DNA of 60,446 nucleotides, filler included, from Sphaerodactylus townsendi (taxonomy: Eukaryota): NCBI RefSeq assembly GCF_021028975.2. It is 2 parts of 2 records of this genome, joined end to end, with 100 filler letters (N's around TTAATTAATTAA, not from the genome) between each part and the next. Parts side by side here need not be neighbours in the genome. Positions count along the whole stretch, not along the records: positions 1 to 29,076 come from NC_059427.1; 1 more part is not named here. The stretch is one strand, 5' to 3'. Both the position numbers and the translations under genes were made by a program. A model generated the notes under the pieces. The model did no database searches, had not been told where the DNA came from, and was given only the letters and a program-made list of their open reading frames with translations. The stretch's first letter is position 1; every line of letters begins with the position of its first letter. Shown here piece by piece: positions 1-13,021 of this stretch.

Positions 1-179
1 CTGTTGGACTTGGGTGTCTGTACCTTAAGTATAAAAAGTGGCATGAAAAGCAGCCCTCTCTTTCCATAAAGAAAACTGTAACCTATATAGGTAATCTGTA
101 AATTGTACAAAGTTGGTAAAAATGGCAGGATAACAGCATGTGTCACAAAAAACCTCACTGCTTTTTTTTTCTTCTCCAG

Positions 180-2934
180 GCTATTCCATGCTCAAAGGCT
201 TGCCAACACCAACCTTCTGTTTGTTGTAGCAGAAAAGCCAATATGCAGTCAGTGTGAATCCACCAAACTTCTTCAAGCAGAAGTTAAGGGTATCCTTTAT
301 TGCAAAATACAGAATCAGCTTCAATAAAATGTTTCTATGGAGTGCATTATGACACATGATCATCCACTGCTGCATTTCTGAAAAACACTTTCCCATATCT
401 ATTTCCTGTGTTTATTTTGACATTCAAATTACAGCCATACGATACGAGTCACAGAAGGCTGTGGGGAGGGGGGGGAGCTCAGAGGCCGTTTTAACATCAT
501 CCCCATTGCCACCAACTCTGTCCCATTGTTTTAAATACTTTTCCTCTATTCAGACTCTCAAACTGAGAGGTGAGGTGGGAACAATAAACACTGTGGCATT
601 TTCAGGGGAAGAATCAGGTGACATGGGAATGGTTATTATGAATTCTTTCCCTTCTGTCTGCTGGCTCTCAGGTACCTTTGGCAAACACCCATTGAGGGAC
701 CTATTTTTGATAAAACAATGGGTAGTTATGCCCTTAGAATCACGAAGAGTATACTAATCCTTTCTTGGTCTTTCTAAATGATGGCTGATTTCATGTTCAT
801 GCACTCCATGTTTTTTTTACCCTACTCCTCTTCCATATCCCCAAAAGTTTGTTACAGGTGTACATGGTATTTCCTTGACAATGAAAAGCTCCACCACGAG
901 AACCCAATCAGTGTGAGTTGGTAGAAAGGCCACGATATCGAAAAGGTCCCCGCATCTGTTTTGACTACAATGCAACGGTGAGTAGAGGAAGACTGGCCCA
1001 TGGATGCTAGAAGTGCAAGGATATATTGTGGATGTACTCCACTGGAACAGTACTGTGGGATTTATGAGTAAATGCCATAGCCTGCCAGCCGAAACATCAA
1101 TTTTGCAAGGTGGTAATGTTTCTCACCATATCAGTCCAGGCATCTCAAGAAACACTGAGAGGAGGAGATGGTACCTCTTCAACAAATCTGCCAATAGCAC
1201 ATAATGAACCCCCAGTTTCTGAGAGAAACTGTTGGATGAACATTTTTAATTGTTCATCCCTTCCTTGCTTTTAAAACAGACCATTGTCCTTTTTAAAGAT
1301 TCAAAGATACTAGCTTGGATCCCATAGAAAATTTCCATTAATAGAAGGAAGGTGATGGTTGCTGATTCCCCATTCCTGCAGCAAACACTACGCTGTTATA
1401 AAATGGGGTGCTTGTCCCACAGCAGCCAAATGTTAGGCTTCAGAATAAGAAAGAAGAGGTGAGGAAATCCTATCTTGCTGCCAGCAATTCTTAACATCAG
1501 TGAAGATTTACTGTATATACTCATGTATAAGTCGACTTTTTCAGCACATTTTTAATGCTGAAAAAGCTCCCCTCAACTTAAATTCGGGTGTTATACTGAA
1601 GCATATATGGTAACTGCATGTAGCTAAGCTCTGATTGTGTAATCCAGGGTCCATTAGGGGGAGCTAAAGAGCTCAGATTTTCCATATAAGGAAGGAAAGG
1701 CTCCATTTCCTCAGAATTGTTGAGGCCTGTATTTCAGATATGAGAATGTTTGTATTAATTGTTGAGAAGGGGATATTGTGTTTATATTGATTGACTATTA
1801 GTTTGTATTTTGGTTTCCTGTTATAAAATGTTATAATAGGTGCTGCCTGTAGCTGGAGCCAGTCAACTTCACAGAGTTCAGTTAAGAGGCCTAGAGCCTA
1901 TATACAGCTAGAGAGAATTGTAAAGGACTGAGACTCTGCTAGTCTGTTTTGCATAGCAGGCCAGAACTATTGTATATTGATTATTGTTTCTGTATTGGTT
2001 TGCCATATTTCATTGTTATACTGCACACTATTGTTTATGAAACAGAAAACAGATTTAAAGTTTTGTTTGTTTATGAAGTCTGTGGTGATGAATGTTGCAA
2101 GGGGTCACAAGGTGGGATCAAACTGTCCAAAGACTTGAACTCCTTTTCCATTTCTGATAACATCCCTCTTAAAATCTAAGTTGGCTTACATTTGGACATA
2201 CAGATGAGGAGGAGGAATCCAGTTTTGAAGGATTTTAACTCTTGTGTTTTAGCTTGGTTGCTGATTGAGCTAAGGTTTTTTGTACTTTTAAAGTTATTGT
2301 TCAGACCATATTGTTCTTGTTGTCCCTCTTTCCCACTTACAGAGCTAGTTTACTGTTTTACTTTAAAATAAATATTCAAAAACATTTAACCTATTGATGC
2401 CTCAATTAATGTAATTTTATTGGTATCTATTTTATTTTTGAAATCTACCAGTAGCTGCTGCATTTCCCACCCTAGACTTATACTCAAGTCAATAAGTTTT
2501 CCCAGTTTTTTGTGGTAAAATTAGGTGCCTCGACTTATATTCAGGTTGACTTATACATGAGTATATACGGTACCATGTGATATAAGCCATTCAGATCATA
2601 TGGTAGTGGGACAGAGAAAAGCAGACTGGGCCAGGAATTGTATGCAGAATGGTCAGTAGATCCGAAGATCATTGTTCAATTTTTTTTCAAGGAAAAATAT
2701 CTTGAAATGTGTACTGATTTCCTGTGTGAAAGCAATTGGGATATTCTTGACCACATATGAATGAACAGATCTGATAGAACTTTCTCCCACTTCTTGTTTC
2801 CACAGGAAGATACCTCAGACTGTGGCAGAGGAGCATCCTTTAGACCTTCCTGGAGAATCTTGATATTTCTGCAGCTCCTTCTCCTCTATTTGACTGCCTG
2901 TTGCAATCCACTGCCCTCGGCATCTTGCCTTTGA
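180..2934 (+). CDS. CACNA2D2: Voltage-gated calcium channel auxiliary subunit alpha2delta-2, last three coding exons (gene begins before the window)
   Basis: Exons 180-289, 889-977 and 2806-2934 splice in frame to [27 protein letters not shown]...[55 protein letters not shown]...*. This matches the human CACNA2D2 C-terminus, including the GPI-signal region. It lies upstream of TMEM115 on the same strand, as at human 3p21.3. Confidence 0.95.
290..888 (+). other. U12-type (minor spliceosome) GT-AG intron of CACNA2D2
   Basis: The 5' splice site is GTATCCTTT (290-298), the U12 consensus. The branch site TTCCTTGAC (871-879) lies 7 nt before the AG (887-888), with no polypyrimidine tract. Confidence 0.9.
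1511..2570. mobile_element. Non-autonomous Tc1/mariner-superfamily DNA transposon in the last CACNA2D2 intron
   Basis: Terminal inverted repeats CTGTATATACTCATGTATAAGTCGAC ... GTTGACTTATACATGAGTATATACGG, flanked by TA on both sides (1509-1510, 2571-2572). No transposase ORF. Confidence 0.85.
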
Positions 2935-5900
2935 AACATCCATTTAGTCCAGCCCATCCATATTTGTTTTCTGCACCATCTCCATCCCTCCAGACTTGCC
3001 AAAGGAGGGCAGCTGCCTAGTCCCATCAACTCTGGTTACACCTTGGCATTACTCATGAGGAAGTTCTTTCTTCATTCAGAAGTTCAGAAGCTATTTTCAT
3101 TGTTTGTTTCTCGTTTCCTCCCATCCTCTCCTTGCCCGTCCAGTGTCTCTGCACAGCAGGTTGTGCAAACACAGAGCTCTGAGCAAGACTTGGGGGAGCA
3201 CGAACCGCCACTGTGACCTTCTCCGCACAGTGAACATACTTGAGCTTTGATTCATTGCTCTTCTTTCCACCCATTGAGCTGTTGGCCAAATAAGAAGAAC
3301 AATGGCCTCATAATTCTTCCCCATTGAATCTGTTGAATTCTGGGAGACTTTTATCAGTTTCATCAGGAGGGGTCTCATCATTTTGTCTTAAAAGTATTTA
3401 ACCAACAATGTTGACAAATTACTATTGTGTTTGAAACAATTTACCTTCCCATCCCAATCATGCAAACAGCAACTACAAAAATCAATAGAGCAGAAAAAGT
3501 GGTATATTCTTGCCAAATTGATTCTGTAGTTTAGTTAACTTTTCAGCCAATTCCAGTGGCTTGTTAAACTCAAATGAATCGTAAGATGTCACCGCAGCAT
3601 TTCCATTCCACCCAGTTCGCGCTGTGCTTTCCAAGGCCATCGTTGCTAAATCTCTCATTAGTTAGATCCATCTCAGATCAATTTTTAAATTTATTATGAT
3701 TTTATTTTTAGCCTGAAGATTTTAAACTAGATCTTTCTACATCTAATTTCCAAGCATTTTAGCCTGACAAATTATAATATTTGTTGTCAGCAACAAGGAC
3801 ACAAAGAAAAAAAGGATTTGACTTGAATTTTATGGTCAGTATTATTTATTTAAACCAATAATTCCATACTAAGAGGACTTGCAGACTGATCAGGGGAGAA
3901 GGCTTTGTGTCAAGATTCTTATGCACACCATTCTAGTAACCCTTGCATGGTTGGAGGGGAACAATGGTTCTATCATCAGCAAAATGAATACCAAGGTACA
4001 ATAACAGATATAGCCCACATCCAACATACCATGTCTCAAATAATTTCCTTGCCTGGGAATGTATTGATTTATCAAAAAACCACAATTATGTCTCCTGCTC
4101 TTCAAAACACTACAAACCCTTTCCTTGTGATTTCTGCTGTGTCCTGTCCTTGAGGAGGACTTAAGGTGAGGCTGGCCAAGCTGAAGGTGACCTTATTCCG
4201 AGTCCACAGTGTCCCTCTGTTCCCCTAACAGATACTTTCTTCCACCTCTGACTGAAACAATATATGCTGAACCAAACCAAGAAGGTGGTAGCCAAAGGTT
4301 TTCTTCCCAACTTTGTGTGGAATTGTTATCGTATCTTTACAGCATCCTCCAGCCATTCAGTACCAGAAATACAGGGGTGAATAAGAGCACAACTAAGCCC
4401 TTACAATCAGATCTTCCACAGAGTACCAATTATTTTCCACATACTTTAAAAGAGAAATGTAAAAGTACTGTGTTATCATGGAAATGACATCCATCTCAAA
4501 CACACAGAACCCTTCCAGGTGGCTTTGCAGGTAACATCCCATGTCTGGGATTATTACTGATGACACAATCTGATGACACAGTCTATCATTTTCTGTACAT
4601 TCTGTTCAAAAGCTACCTTCTTTTTTAGGGCTCGCACTGGCTGCGTTACTATGGTTCACAGTAAATATCCATTGTGATTGCATCATCACCTCTGCACTTA
4701 GAGTAGCCAGTGAAGTTTCTACTTTGTTCGGAGCAAGAGTCATAGTCCAAGAAATAAGTGCAACATTATACAGCGCACTGTGCTGCAGATTTAACCAGCA
4801 GAAAACAGTTCATTACAATGGCAGGAACTGATGAAATTTACAACAGGATTATGAAATTATGTGTGGCAGCACTGCACCCTGTTTCAACATCACATATCAT
4901 AGAGCCCAGTCAAAAGTTGTTTCCCACATACTGAATCTAAACATTTACATTCTAACTATTATGAGCAATGAAAGTGTTAAAAGCTTCATTCTCTTTATTA
5001 TAAGGAAACCTGGAAAGCAACCAATGGTCTGGTTACTTGAATCTGCAAGTCTGTAAGCAAAAATATGTCCTAGTTTTATTGACAATTTCATAATATATTT
5101 AAACAGAAGTGTTCTGTGTTCCTGGTTTGGCGCTTTAGTGCTAAACCAGAATTGCCAGAGAGTTGGTTCTCCAAAACCTTATGCTGTCATCTGAAATCAT
5201 ATGTGATGTAAAATATTCTACATGTGGTGTTCCCACAACTATATTTTATTTCAGTACAGATGGCAAGAGACTCACATAGAAGTGGTTTTTCTTTAAAAGC
5301 TTTTATGGGGCTGTAACTGCCTGCTTAAAGAACATCCTTGACCATATCTGAAGGAATATTTCTGCAGTCTGGTATGATATGAGTGACTAAGGATAACATC
5401 AGGGTCAGACTGCTAAAACAAATGTGATCATATAGTGCAAATGGATGCAAGAGGGAACTGTCTATTGCAGAAATGTGTGTCTGAGAGATCTGGAAGTAGA
5501 CCTTTGGCACATGAACTGCAGTGTGTTTGCTTTATTTCCACTGATTCTAGTTCTTGAAAGTAGGAGAGTGATTTCAGTTCTCTCTCAAAAATCAGCTTTA
5601 CCATGATTCTATTTCATGTGTCCCCCTTCCTCTGGCTATCCTGTTGTCCAAAAGATGAGTAAAGTGTCTGAAAATCCTCTCCTTCCAAGTCTCTCACTGT
5701 TTCTTTTTTCCACTGGTGCTAAAAATAATAGTTTTGCATCATTGGCCTTGTACAGAATTACAGAGAAATAAACTGGGAAGTTATAAATAGCTCTAGCTGA
5801 TATAAAGTAGAGAGCATACCGTTATTCCTTGGATATATTCCCAGTACTAATCAATTTTACTGGTTGTGGATGCACTCCCAGTATCTTGCTGGTCTCTTTT

Positions 5901-8900
5901 AAGTAGAGACTGCCAAATTGTGCCAAACTGTGTGACTGTTTTGTGATGTGGGCAACTGTTTCTAGTGTGTTTGGCAGAAACCCCCAGGCCTATTCCACTT
6001 TAGTCTGACTGAAACCATAGTCTCCCTTGTGCAATTTTGGCTGTGACTCTGATTGGTTACTGCTCTGGAGCCAGGGTACTCCCATAAGGTGTACCTCATT
6101 AGCAACAAATATTCAGGGATGGAGCACAAAGCATCTGGAGTCAGTATATATGACCTGCAATGCTTATCATCTGGGTGGGGAAATCTAACATTGTTAAAAG
6201 GCCTTTCCATATTTTTGAATACTTTACTTTAGTGGCAGTTCAGATAACAAGTTGGTTGCTGTCACAAACTTACTCAAGATCCAGCTTAATGTCCAATGGG
6301 ATCAAATGGAAACGTTTCTGATTGGTGTAATGCCCTTAAATATGTTGTTTCTAAACTATATACCTAACAAAACCTAATCACAAATGTATTTGGTGCACTC
6401 TACCTCCTATACAAATTCTTTCACAATATTATGAAGGCTAGTCTTGTCCCTGGAGCCCAGATTAGCCAGGAATAGGTAATAAGAAAAACAGCTTCCTGTT
6501 TGATCTGCACAGATGTCCCTTAAGGAATCAATATATTGTTCCTCCCTAGGTTGAGCTTACTTTCCCTTGCCTTACTGTGAAAAGGACAGTTGGGTGTGCT
6601 AACAACTTGAGCATTGTTTCTGTCCTCCGGCTTCCCCACCTTACATCCCCAACCAACAGCTTCAGGTGGATTGTTACACTTTTAAAAGCCCTATATTTTT
6701 TCATGGCATTAAATTAATTGGTTCCTTTTAAAGAAATACATTTTAATGCTGAGAAACCTGTTTTGGGGAGGAGTGGGAGGTGGTGTAACTATGGTTTCCC
6801 CAAGCTTCATCTAGGAGAGCAGATGCTACAGCTTCAGTGAGTGTCCTTCTACAGTGTCTGTGTGCACTCCATGGCACTAGCTATTTTCCACACTGAGGGT
6901 TATAATTTGAGAGCAGAGCTGTGGGACAGAAGAGAAGATGATAGGAGTTGCTGTTTGAAAATCACTCAAGACCCCTTGTACGGTAGCTGTGATGAACCAG
7001 CAGTTGCTCAGCATTGCCTAATTTGTATCTTGTAGTCTCCCTGTGACTTGCAGTGGTGCAATAAATTGCTGCATATGTTTGCATCTCTGCTACACCTAGT
7101 AGTTTAGAGATTTCTAATGCTAATGACTGTGGCATTTGATGATATGCAGTTGTAGTGCATTAAACACCAGATCACCTTGTGGCAATTAGGAAAGTGGATT
7201 CTTGTTTCTGTAGTACTGTTTGCATATCTACCCTAACAGCAGCTTTATATTTTCCTGGCTCCTGGCTATGGCCTCCTTTTCAGAGGAGAATGAAGACTGC
7301 TGAATAGAGCTCTGACAATGGAAGATCTCCACACCACCCCAACTTAGGCAGAGCACAAGTTGCAACATGGCACAATTTCCACTTTCAATACTTGGCCTGG
7401 GCATCAGAGTGGATTCAGCCTCTCGGGGGCCTAGCAGGGAATACCAGAGACAACAGAGATGCTGCCCTGCTTCAATTCCTTTCATGTTTGGAAGCTATAG
7501 AAGCCTTGGTTAGGTGTTACTGGTCAGTGCTAAGGCAAAAGGAAGGCTTCTTTTACCAGTTAACTCACACATCAGGTCAACAATACCCCTTCACATTTTA
7601 ATGTGTCACAAGAATGAGGCGAAGACCTTGCTTCTCAAAGCTTCAGAGCCAAAACAGGCAAGTATGTGGATGGTGAACTTTTCTGACAATGAAACAGGCT
7701 GAGAAAACACGGCCCTGAATGCAATGCATGCGGATAATTCTTTTTTGTTAAGATCTGCTATGTGCATGGAATGATGGCATTACAGAACATGCAGGTCAGA
7801 ATGTGGAAAGAAATACCTTGGTTATTTCCCTGCCTAGTGATTTTTGCCTTTTAAGAATGAGACCTTCAAATATATTCATACATGTTTATGTGGCTGATCT
7901 ACCAAACATCTAGCTCTCTCCAAATGACCGCTCAGAACTATAGATGAAGGCTGGAAATCCCAGCCCCAGTACAGACTGTTATCTGTAGGATATTCTGGAG
8001 TTCCAGTAGTCAACAACTCCAATTGCTGCCTCTTACCATTAGAGCCACCCAAGTATTGTCTGTGGAGCCACCCTGGGTCAGTTTATATAATGAAATAAAC
8101 CACTAAGGCTTCCATTTGTTCTTCAGCTTTGTCCATGGAAGGTTGATTAGAAGGTACTAAACTTATAGAAGAGAAGCAGATCTTAGGAGAATAGAAGGGA
8201 GTCCAGAGTTTGCCCAAATAGCTGGCCTTTTACCTCCAGCCTAGTACAATAGGTAGTCTCACAAAACATAATAAATGACCCTTTAACAGTAGACAGGTGG
8301 AAATACTTTCCAACCCCTTCAGATGGAAAATGGTTTCTCAAAATCGTAGCGAGATATCTATGTTGGTATATGTTTTGGGGGGGGACCCTTTGTAACACTA
8401 AAGGTTAACCATTATGACAAAGAATTACATGGGATTAACAGAGAGGTCATGTTTGTGGTTGTGAACATCAATCTGATTTCTGGAATCCTAGTGAATAGGA
8501 AACATGGGCGGAGAGAGGGTAAGGCTAAAATATACATACCAAAAGGAACTCTTGTGTAAACCTGGAACCTAATCAAATAGTTGAGCTAGTCAGTCCCATC
8601 TAGGGAACCTCGTTCTAGCAGTCCCATAAGGTCTGAGCAGAAAGTTTAACTTAGCCTTTCCTATGTTCTGTTTGTTTTCTCACATGTGGTTCACAGTAGT
8701 GAGAGGTAACAATGACTCAGACCACTGAACATGTTAGTTAAAAGGGGTGGGAAAGGGAGGGGGAGGCCCATGGCCTTAACCAGTCTTGGAAGTTTGACTC
8801 CAGAGCCAAGAGGGCAGGGAGGTGATTCACTAATTAATGACAAGGTTAATTAAAGGTCATTTTGCTTGTAGCTTCTTCAGTGTGTGTTTGGTTATGTCTA

Positions 8901-9590
8901 TGGGAACCGTGTTTTGACCAGATGGCTGGCTCTGTGTTACCGGGAGTGTATGTAAATCTGTAGTCTAGTCGGGTGCTGCTCATTTGAGAAAAATGAAAAA
9001 AATATACATAACTATAAATAAATATATATTATATTTTAAGTTAAAAAAAGAAAAAAGAAAAGCAACAAGTAGTTGTTCCTACAGCTGCTGGGATCGCTCA
9101 AATTCCTATCATTCTTCATCTAAGATGTTTTCTTTCTAATGATTCAAAATGGGTTTTTTTAATTTTTTTGTACAGAAGAGTTGAAAAATTTAAAAGACTA
9201 AAATCTTTGTAAAATATTGTGCGTGTGATTCCTTGTAAAATATTTTCAAATTGTTTATTACAGAGGATCAGTTATTAAATAATGTTCATATTTTCACTTC
9301 AAATGTGGTGGCTTTTTACTGGTTTGCAAAGCGGTAAGAGTGGGTGGATCACAGGTACACTCAAGTATAAAGGTCTGATATTTGCATTTTACAAGCCTGT
9401 TCAGTGAAAAACAATTAGAATTAGTGGAATCTCCAGTCCCAGTTTGGTCTAAAAGTACTGTTATAAACTGCTGTCAGAATTGGTGAGGCTGAGAAGCTGG
9501 ATTTCTGGCCACTAATTTGTAGCATGTTGGTTTTTTATCTAAACTGCTTTCCGTGTGTTGGTTAAATAAAATAAGTTAATTACTGGTAAT
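2935..9590 (+). other. Probable long 3' UTR of CACNA2D2
   Basis: Follows the stop codon, is largely free of recognisable TEs, and ends in AU-rich blocks (TTTTGTAC and TTGTAAAATA motifs at about 9165-9245). AATAAA occurs at about 9017 and 9565. The end point is inferred. Confidence 0.5.
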
Positions 9591-10799
9591 ACCCCCTTCT
9601 GAGAGATTACATCATAGGTGTCATGGCTCATTTTGAAACTACAGGCGCATTCTTTCTTTGTTCCTTTTTTTTTTTTTTTTTGCTGTATTGGATGTATAGT
9701 TTGTGTCATGATGGCCACAAGTCCACCAAATATCAGACTGAGGTCCAGATGTGGGCCATCAAAAAAGCATGCTTAAAACAACTTTAAAGCATATTACTTT
9801 AAAACAACTTAGATATATTTTTCAATAATCATCATACACACAGGAAGGTGCTATTATCTTACATGATATTGCATGTATTAGAGGAGAACTGATACATATT
9901 CTTTGTTTATCAGCAGACATTCCTCCAAGTATACTGGCATTGGGTATTTACAGAGACGAGGTGACATAAAAATCTCCCCCCACCCCCAGAAGAAAAGGGG
10001 GGGGAACCATGGAATTCAATGATTTTGGGAGATGAGTTGCTTTGGAGATTAATTATAATGACCTCTTCCAAAAGAAAGGTTACTTCACAGGCAGTGATGA
10101 TGTTTAAGCTTATCAGCTTTCCAAAAATGTTTAGTAGCCTGTTTTTCTACATACTCCCATGCCATTATTTGGAGCACTCTGATGTCCTGAAAGGGAGGAG
10201 GGCAGCAGCAATAATCTCCAAGTTGACCTAAGCTTGTAAATCATTATCATGTTTTTCTTTGTTAAAAACCGAGGGAACTGACTCAGCAGCCTTGTTGGGC
10301 CACCTTTGTTCCCACATAGCAAACAAGGCTGCTGCACTTGCGTACAAGTTCATCCGCTCATGCAGCTCAAAATGGTGTTCCTGTGGGACTCAGACAACAA
10401 CATTTGGAAGTAGGAGTGGTCTTAGGCACAGGATCTCCAGGGCACCTGCTCAGGGCTCCACACTGGGGAGTGGTGGATGCATGGCAGCCAGGTGCCTTCC
10501 CTGAAGTCCCCACAGCCATGGCATCATCATGGTCGTGGTGACTGAGCCAAGTGGCAGCCAGCAATCTATGAAGCCCTCTCTTAGGAAATGGGTGTAGGTG
10601 ACCAGTTATGGAATGGTAGTGGGGAGCTTCAAGCTGGCAACCCAAGCCCCACAAAGAGAAGGCACCCAGCCAGCCAAACCCCTCACTGCAGAAGGCAAGT
10701 AAGGATTGCCACTAGTTTGTCACCTCCCAAGCCATGTTGAATACATGAACACTTGAATCTGCTTTATGCATTGGTCTACCAGATCATTATTGTCTATTC

Positions 10800-10924
10800 A
10801 AAACAGGCAGTGGCTCTTCAAGGTCCCAAGCAGATATCACACCACCTACTAACCTGGTCCTTCTATCAGGAGATGCCAGGGTTTGAACCTGGGACTATTT
10901 CCATGCCAAACAAATGCTCTACCA
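10800..10924 (-). mobile_element. tRNA-derived squamate SINE fragment
   Basis: The reverse strand reads GTGGTAGAGCATTTG...CCCAGGTTCAAACCCTGGCATCTCC (A/B-box-like head). A related copy lies at 40560-40720. Confidence 0.65.
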
Positions 10925-11051
10925 CAGGGGTAGGGAACCTGCGGCTCTCCAGATGTTCAGGAACTACAATTCCCATCAGCCCCTACCAGCATGGCCAATT
11001 GGCCATGCTGGTAGGACTGATAAGTGATTCCTGAACATCTGGAGCTCCTGC
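10925..11051. mobile_element. Palindromic hAT-like MITE
   Basis: Starts CAGGGGTAGGGAACCTGCGGCTCTCCAGATGTTCAGGAA and folds back around the centre CCAGCATGGCCAATTGGCCATGCTGG to TTCCTGAACATCTGGAG. Confidence 0.75.
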
Positions 11052-11499
11052 GTCTCTCACTTAGTCACAGCCCTTCCCCAAGGAAGGGGTCCAGCTCATG
11101 ATTTGATACACAGGCAGGCTAGGGGGGGTTGCCTTTTCACCCATCCTCCTTGCCTCCCTCATTTGGGATGCTGGGGCCACCCCCAGTAGTGATTCTAGGA
11201 TGTCATCCTCAAGATTCGTCAGGAGACTCAAAATCACTGAGACAACTCATAGATTAAAGCAGCACAAAAGAACTACCACAGATAAAGTAAAATTCTCTAC
11301 ATGCTCAAGGAACTTCCTTGGTATATGGAAAATATGATTTTGTGAACAACCCAAGAGAAAAAAAATAACCTTTTTAAAAAGCCCTGGTGAGGATTGAAAA
11401 TACTTCAGAAGAGATGCAACCCTGAGAGCAGTTGAGTGTCAGTTAAAGGGAAATCAACCTGTTCAAGAGGCCTCTAAGGGATTCAAGAATCTAAGGCCC

Positions 11500-12020
11500 T
11501 TTCAGATGGAAGTGATTATGGCGCCCTGGGAGGGACTGACAAAAGCGCCCGTCTCCAGGGGCTCCCATTCACCTGCAGGTGGCACAGCTGCCAGCTTCTG
11601 CGAGCCAGTAAGGTCAGCCTCTCACACCGCTTCCGACCCGGCGCCTTGAAAGTCGCCATTTTCCGACGCCCTCCTTTCCGGGAAGCAAGGTTTTTGGAAA
11701 ATGGCAGCGGCTCCAAGGCACCCTCCCCCCCCTCCACCCTTCACTTACCTTGCCTGGGGACACGCCCCCCTGCCCTGCAACGCTGGAGCAGTTAGCAGGG
11801 CGGGTCGAGGTAGGCATGTCTCCAGGCCTCTGGCGTGCGTCGACAGAGCCAGAGACACGCCGATGTGGGGTCGGGTGGCCGGCATTTGCTTCCAGCGCTC
11901 GTCTTCCGCGGCTGTTTCTGGGACCGCTCTCATGCGAGACGGTCCCAGGGGGGTTAGATGCGGCATGGAATGTCTGTGGCCCAAACTCCCACATCCCGGC
12001 AGCGGTCTTGAAGCTGACCT
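11500..12020. promoter_or_regulatory. Orphan CpG island with promoter-type motifs
   Basis: CpG-dense. YY1-like motifs GTCGCCATTTT (about 11652) and AAAATGGCAGCGG (about 11698), and ETS-like TTCCG motifs. No recognisable protein-coding gene starts here. Confidence 0.6.
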
Positions 12021-12125
12021 AAGAGAGAAATACCTGGGATGCACATGTCCAACTATTTCCTCACAATTCCTCACAGGCCACATCTTGAAACGGAGAATTA
12101 AAACAACATGATATAGAAGTTGTAT

Positions 12126-12318
12126 CTAATCTGGGGACCTGGCCCACTCCTTCCTATACAGGCTGCTGGGTGACCTTGGGCTAGTCATAGTTTTCTCAGA
12201 ACTCTCCCAGCCCCACCTCCTACCCAAGGAGTCTGTTATGGGTGAGAAGGATATTGTTAGCCACTTTGAGACTCCTTACAGTAGAGAAAAGCAGGGTATA
12301 AAATTCAACTCCTCTTAT
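12126..12318 (+). mobile_element. Sauria SINE (degenerate)
   Basis: Core GCTGGGTGACCTTGGGCTAGTCA...CTCTCCCAGCCCCACC, with the GGGTATAAA tail shared by the other copies in the window. Confidence 0.8.
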
Positions 12319-13021
12319 TCTAAGCCCCAAGGTTCTGATAAGGATTAGGGATCCCATAAAGAATGCAAAACAATTTTCTCTGAGCTATCTGAGGAGTCTC
12401 AGTTCACTATACCGTAACCCCATCAATTATTCTAAAAACCAGACTGTGAAGTCCAAGGGAAATTCTACTGGGCAATTGCCATTTAGGCAGTATGAATGCA
12501 TCAATAATAAGAGAAATTGGAGTAAAATGTGACAGAATGAGAGTAAAAAAAATTATTAGAGTGGGAGTAAAATGTGACAGAAAATGACTTGTCGGTCAGG
12601 AAGACAGGTCTAGTTAAAGCACCCAAAGCAAACCTCTGCAGTACTATGATATACATAAGCATGAGAATGTGACATTCATGTAGTACATTCCTTGTCTGAA
12701 TTCTGCCCCACTGCATCCTTTCCACAGTCAAAGCATATCTCAGTTACTGGTACACTGTAGCATTTTTATGCTATTCTAGAAACTCCATGTTCTGTTAACA
12801 ATAGCACCAAAACTTATCTGTGCTGCTATTTCTTCATTAAATTATGAAAATAAATCTGGCTAGGTATTTGCTTCAGGAGAAGTGCACACTCTCAAAAGTG
12901 TAAAAATTAACCCCCAGTAAATGGCAGATCATCCCTGTAAAAACTAACTGTAGTTTTACTGGAGAAAGGAATATTAGGGCTAGCGCAGAAAAGGACACAT
13001 CTCCAAAGATATTTTTAAATT

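Noticed and set aside
12515-12590. Short direct repeats (also 15145-15185) as a CRISPR-like array
   Set aside because: Only two or three degenerate copies in eukaryotic DNA; simple local duplications.
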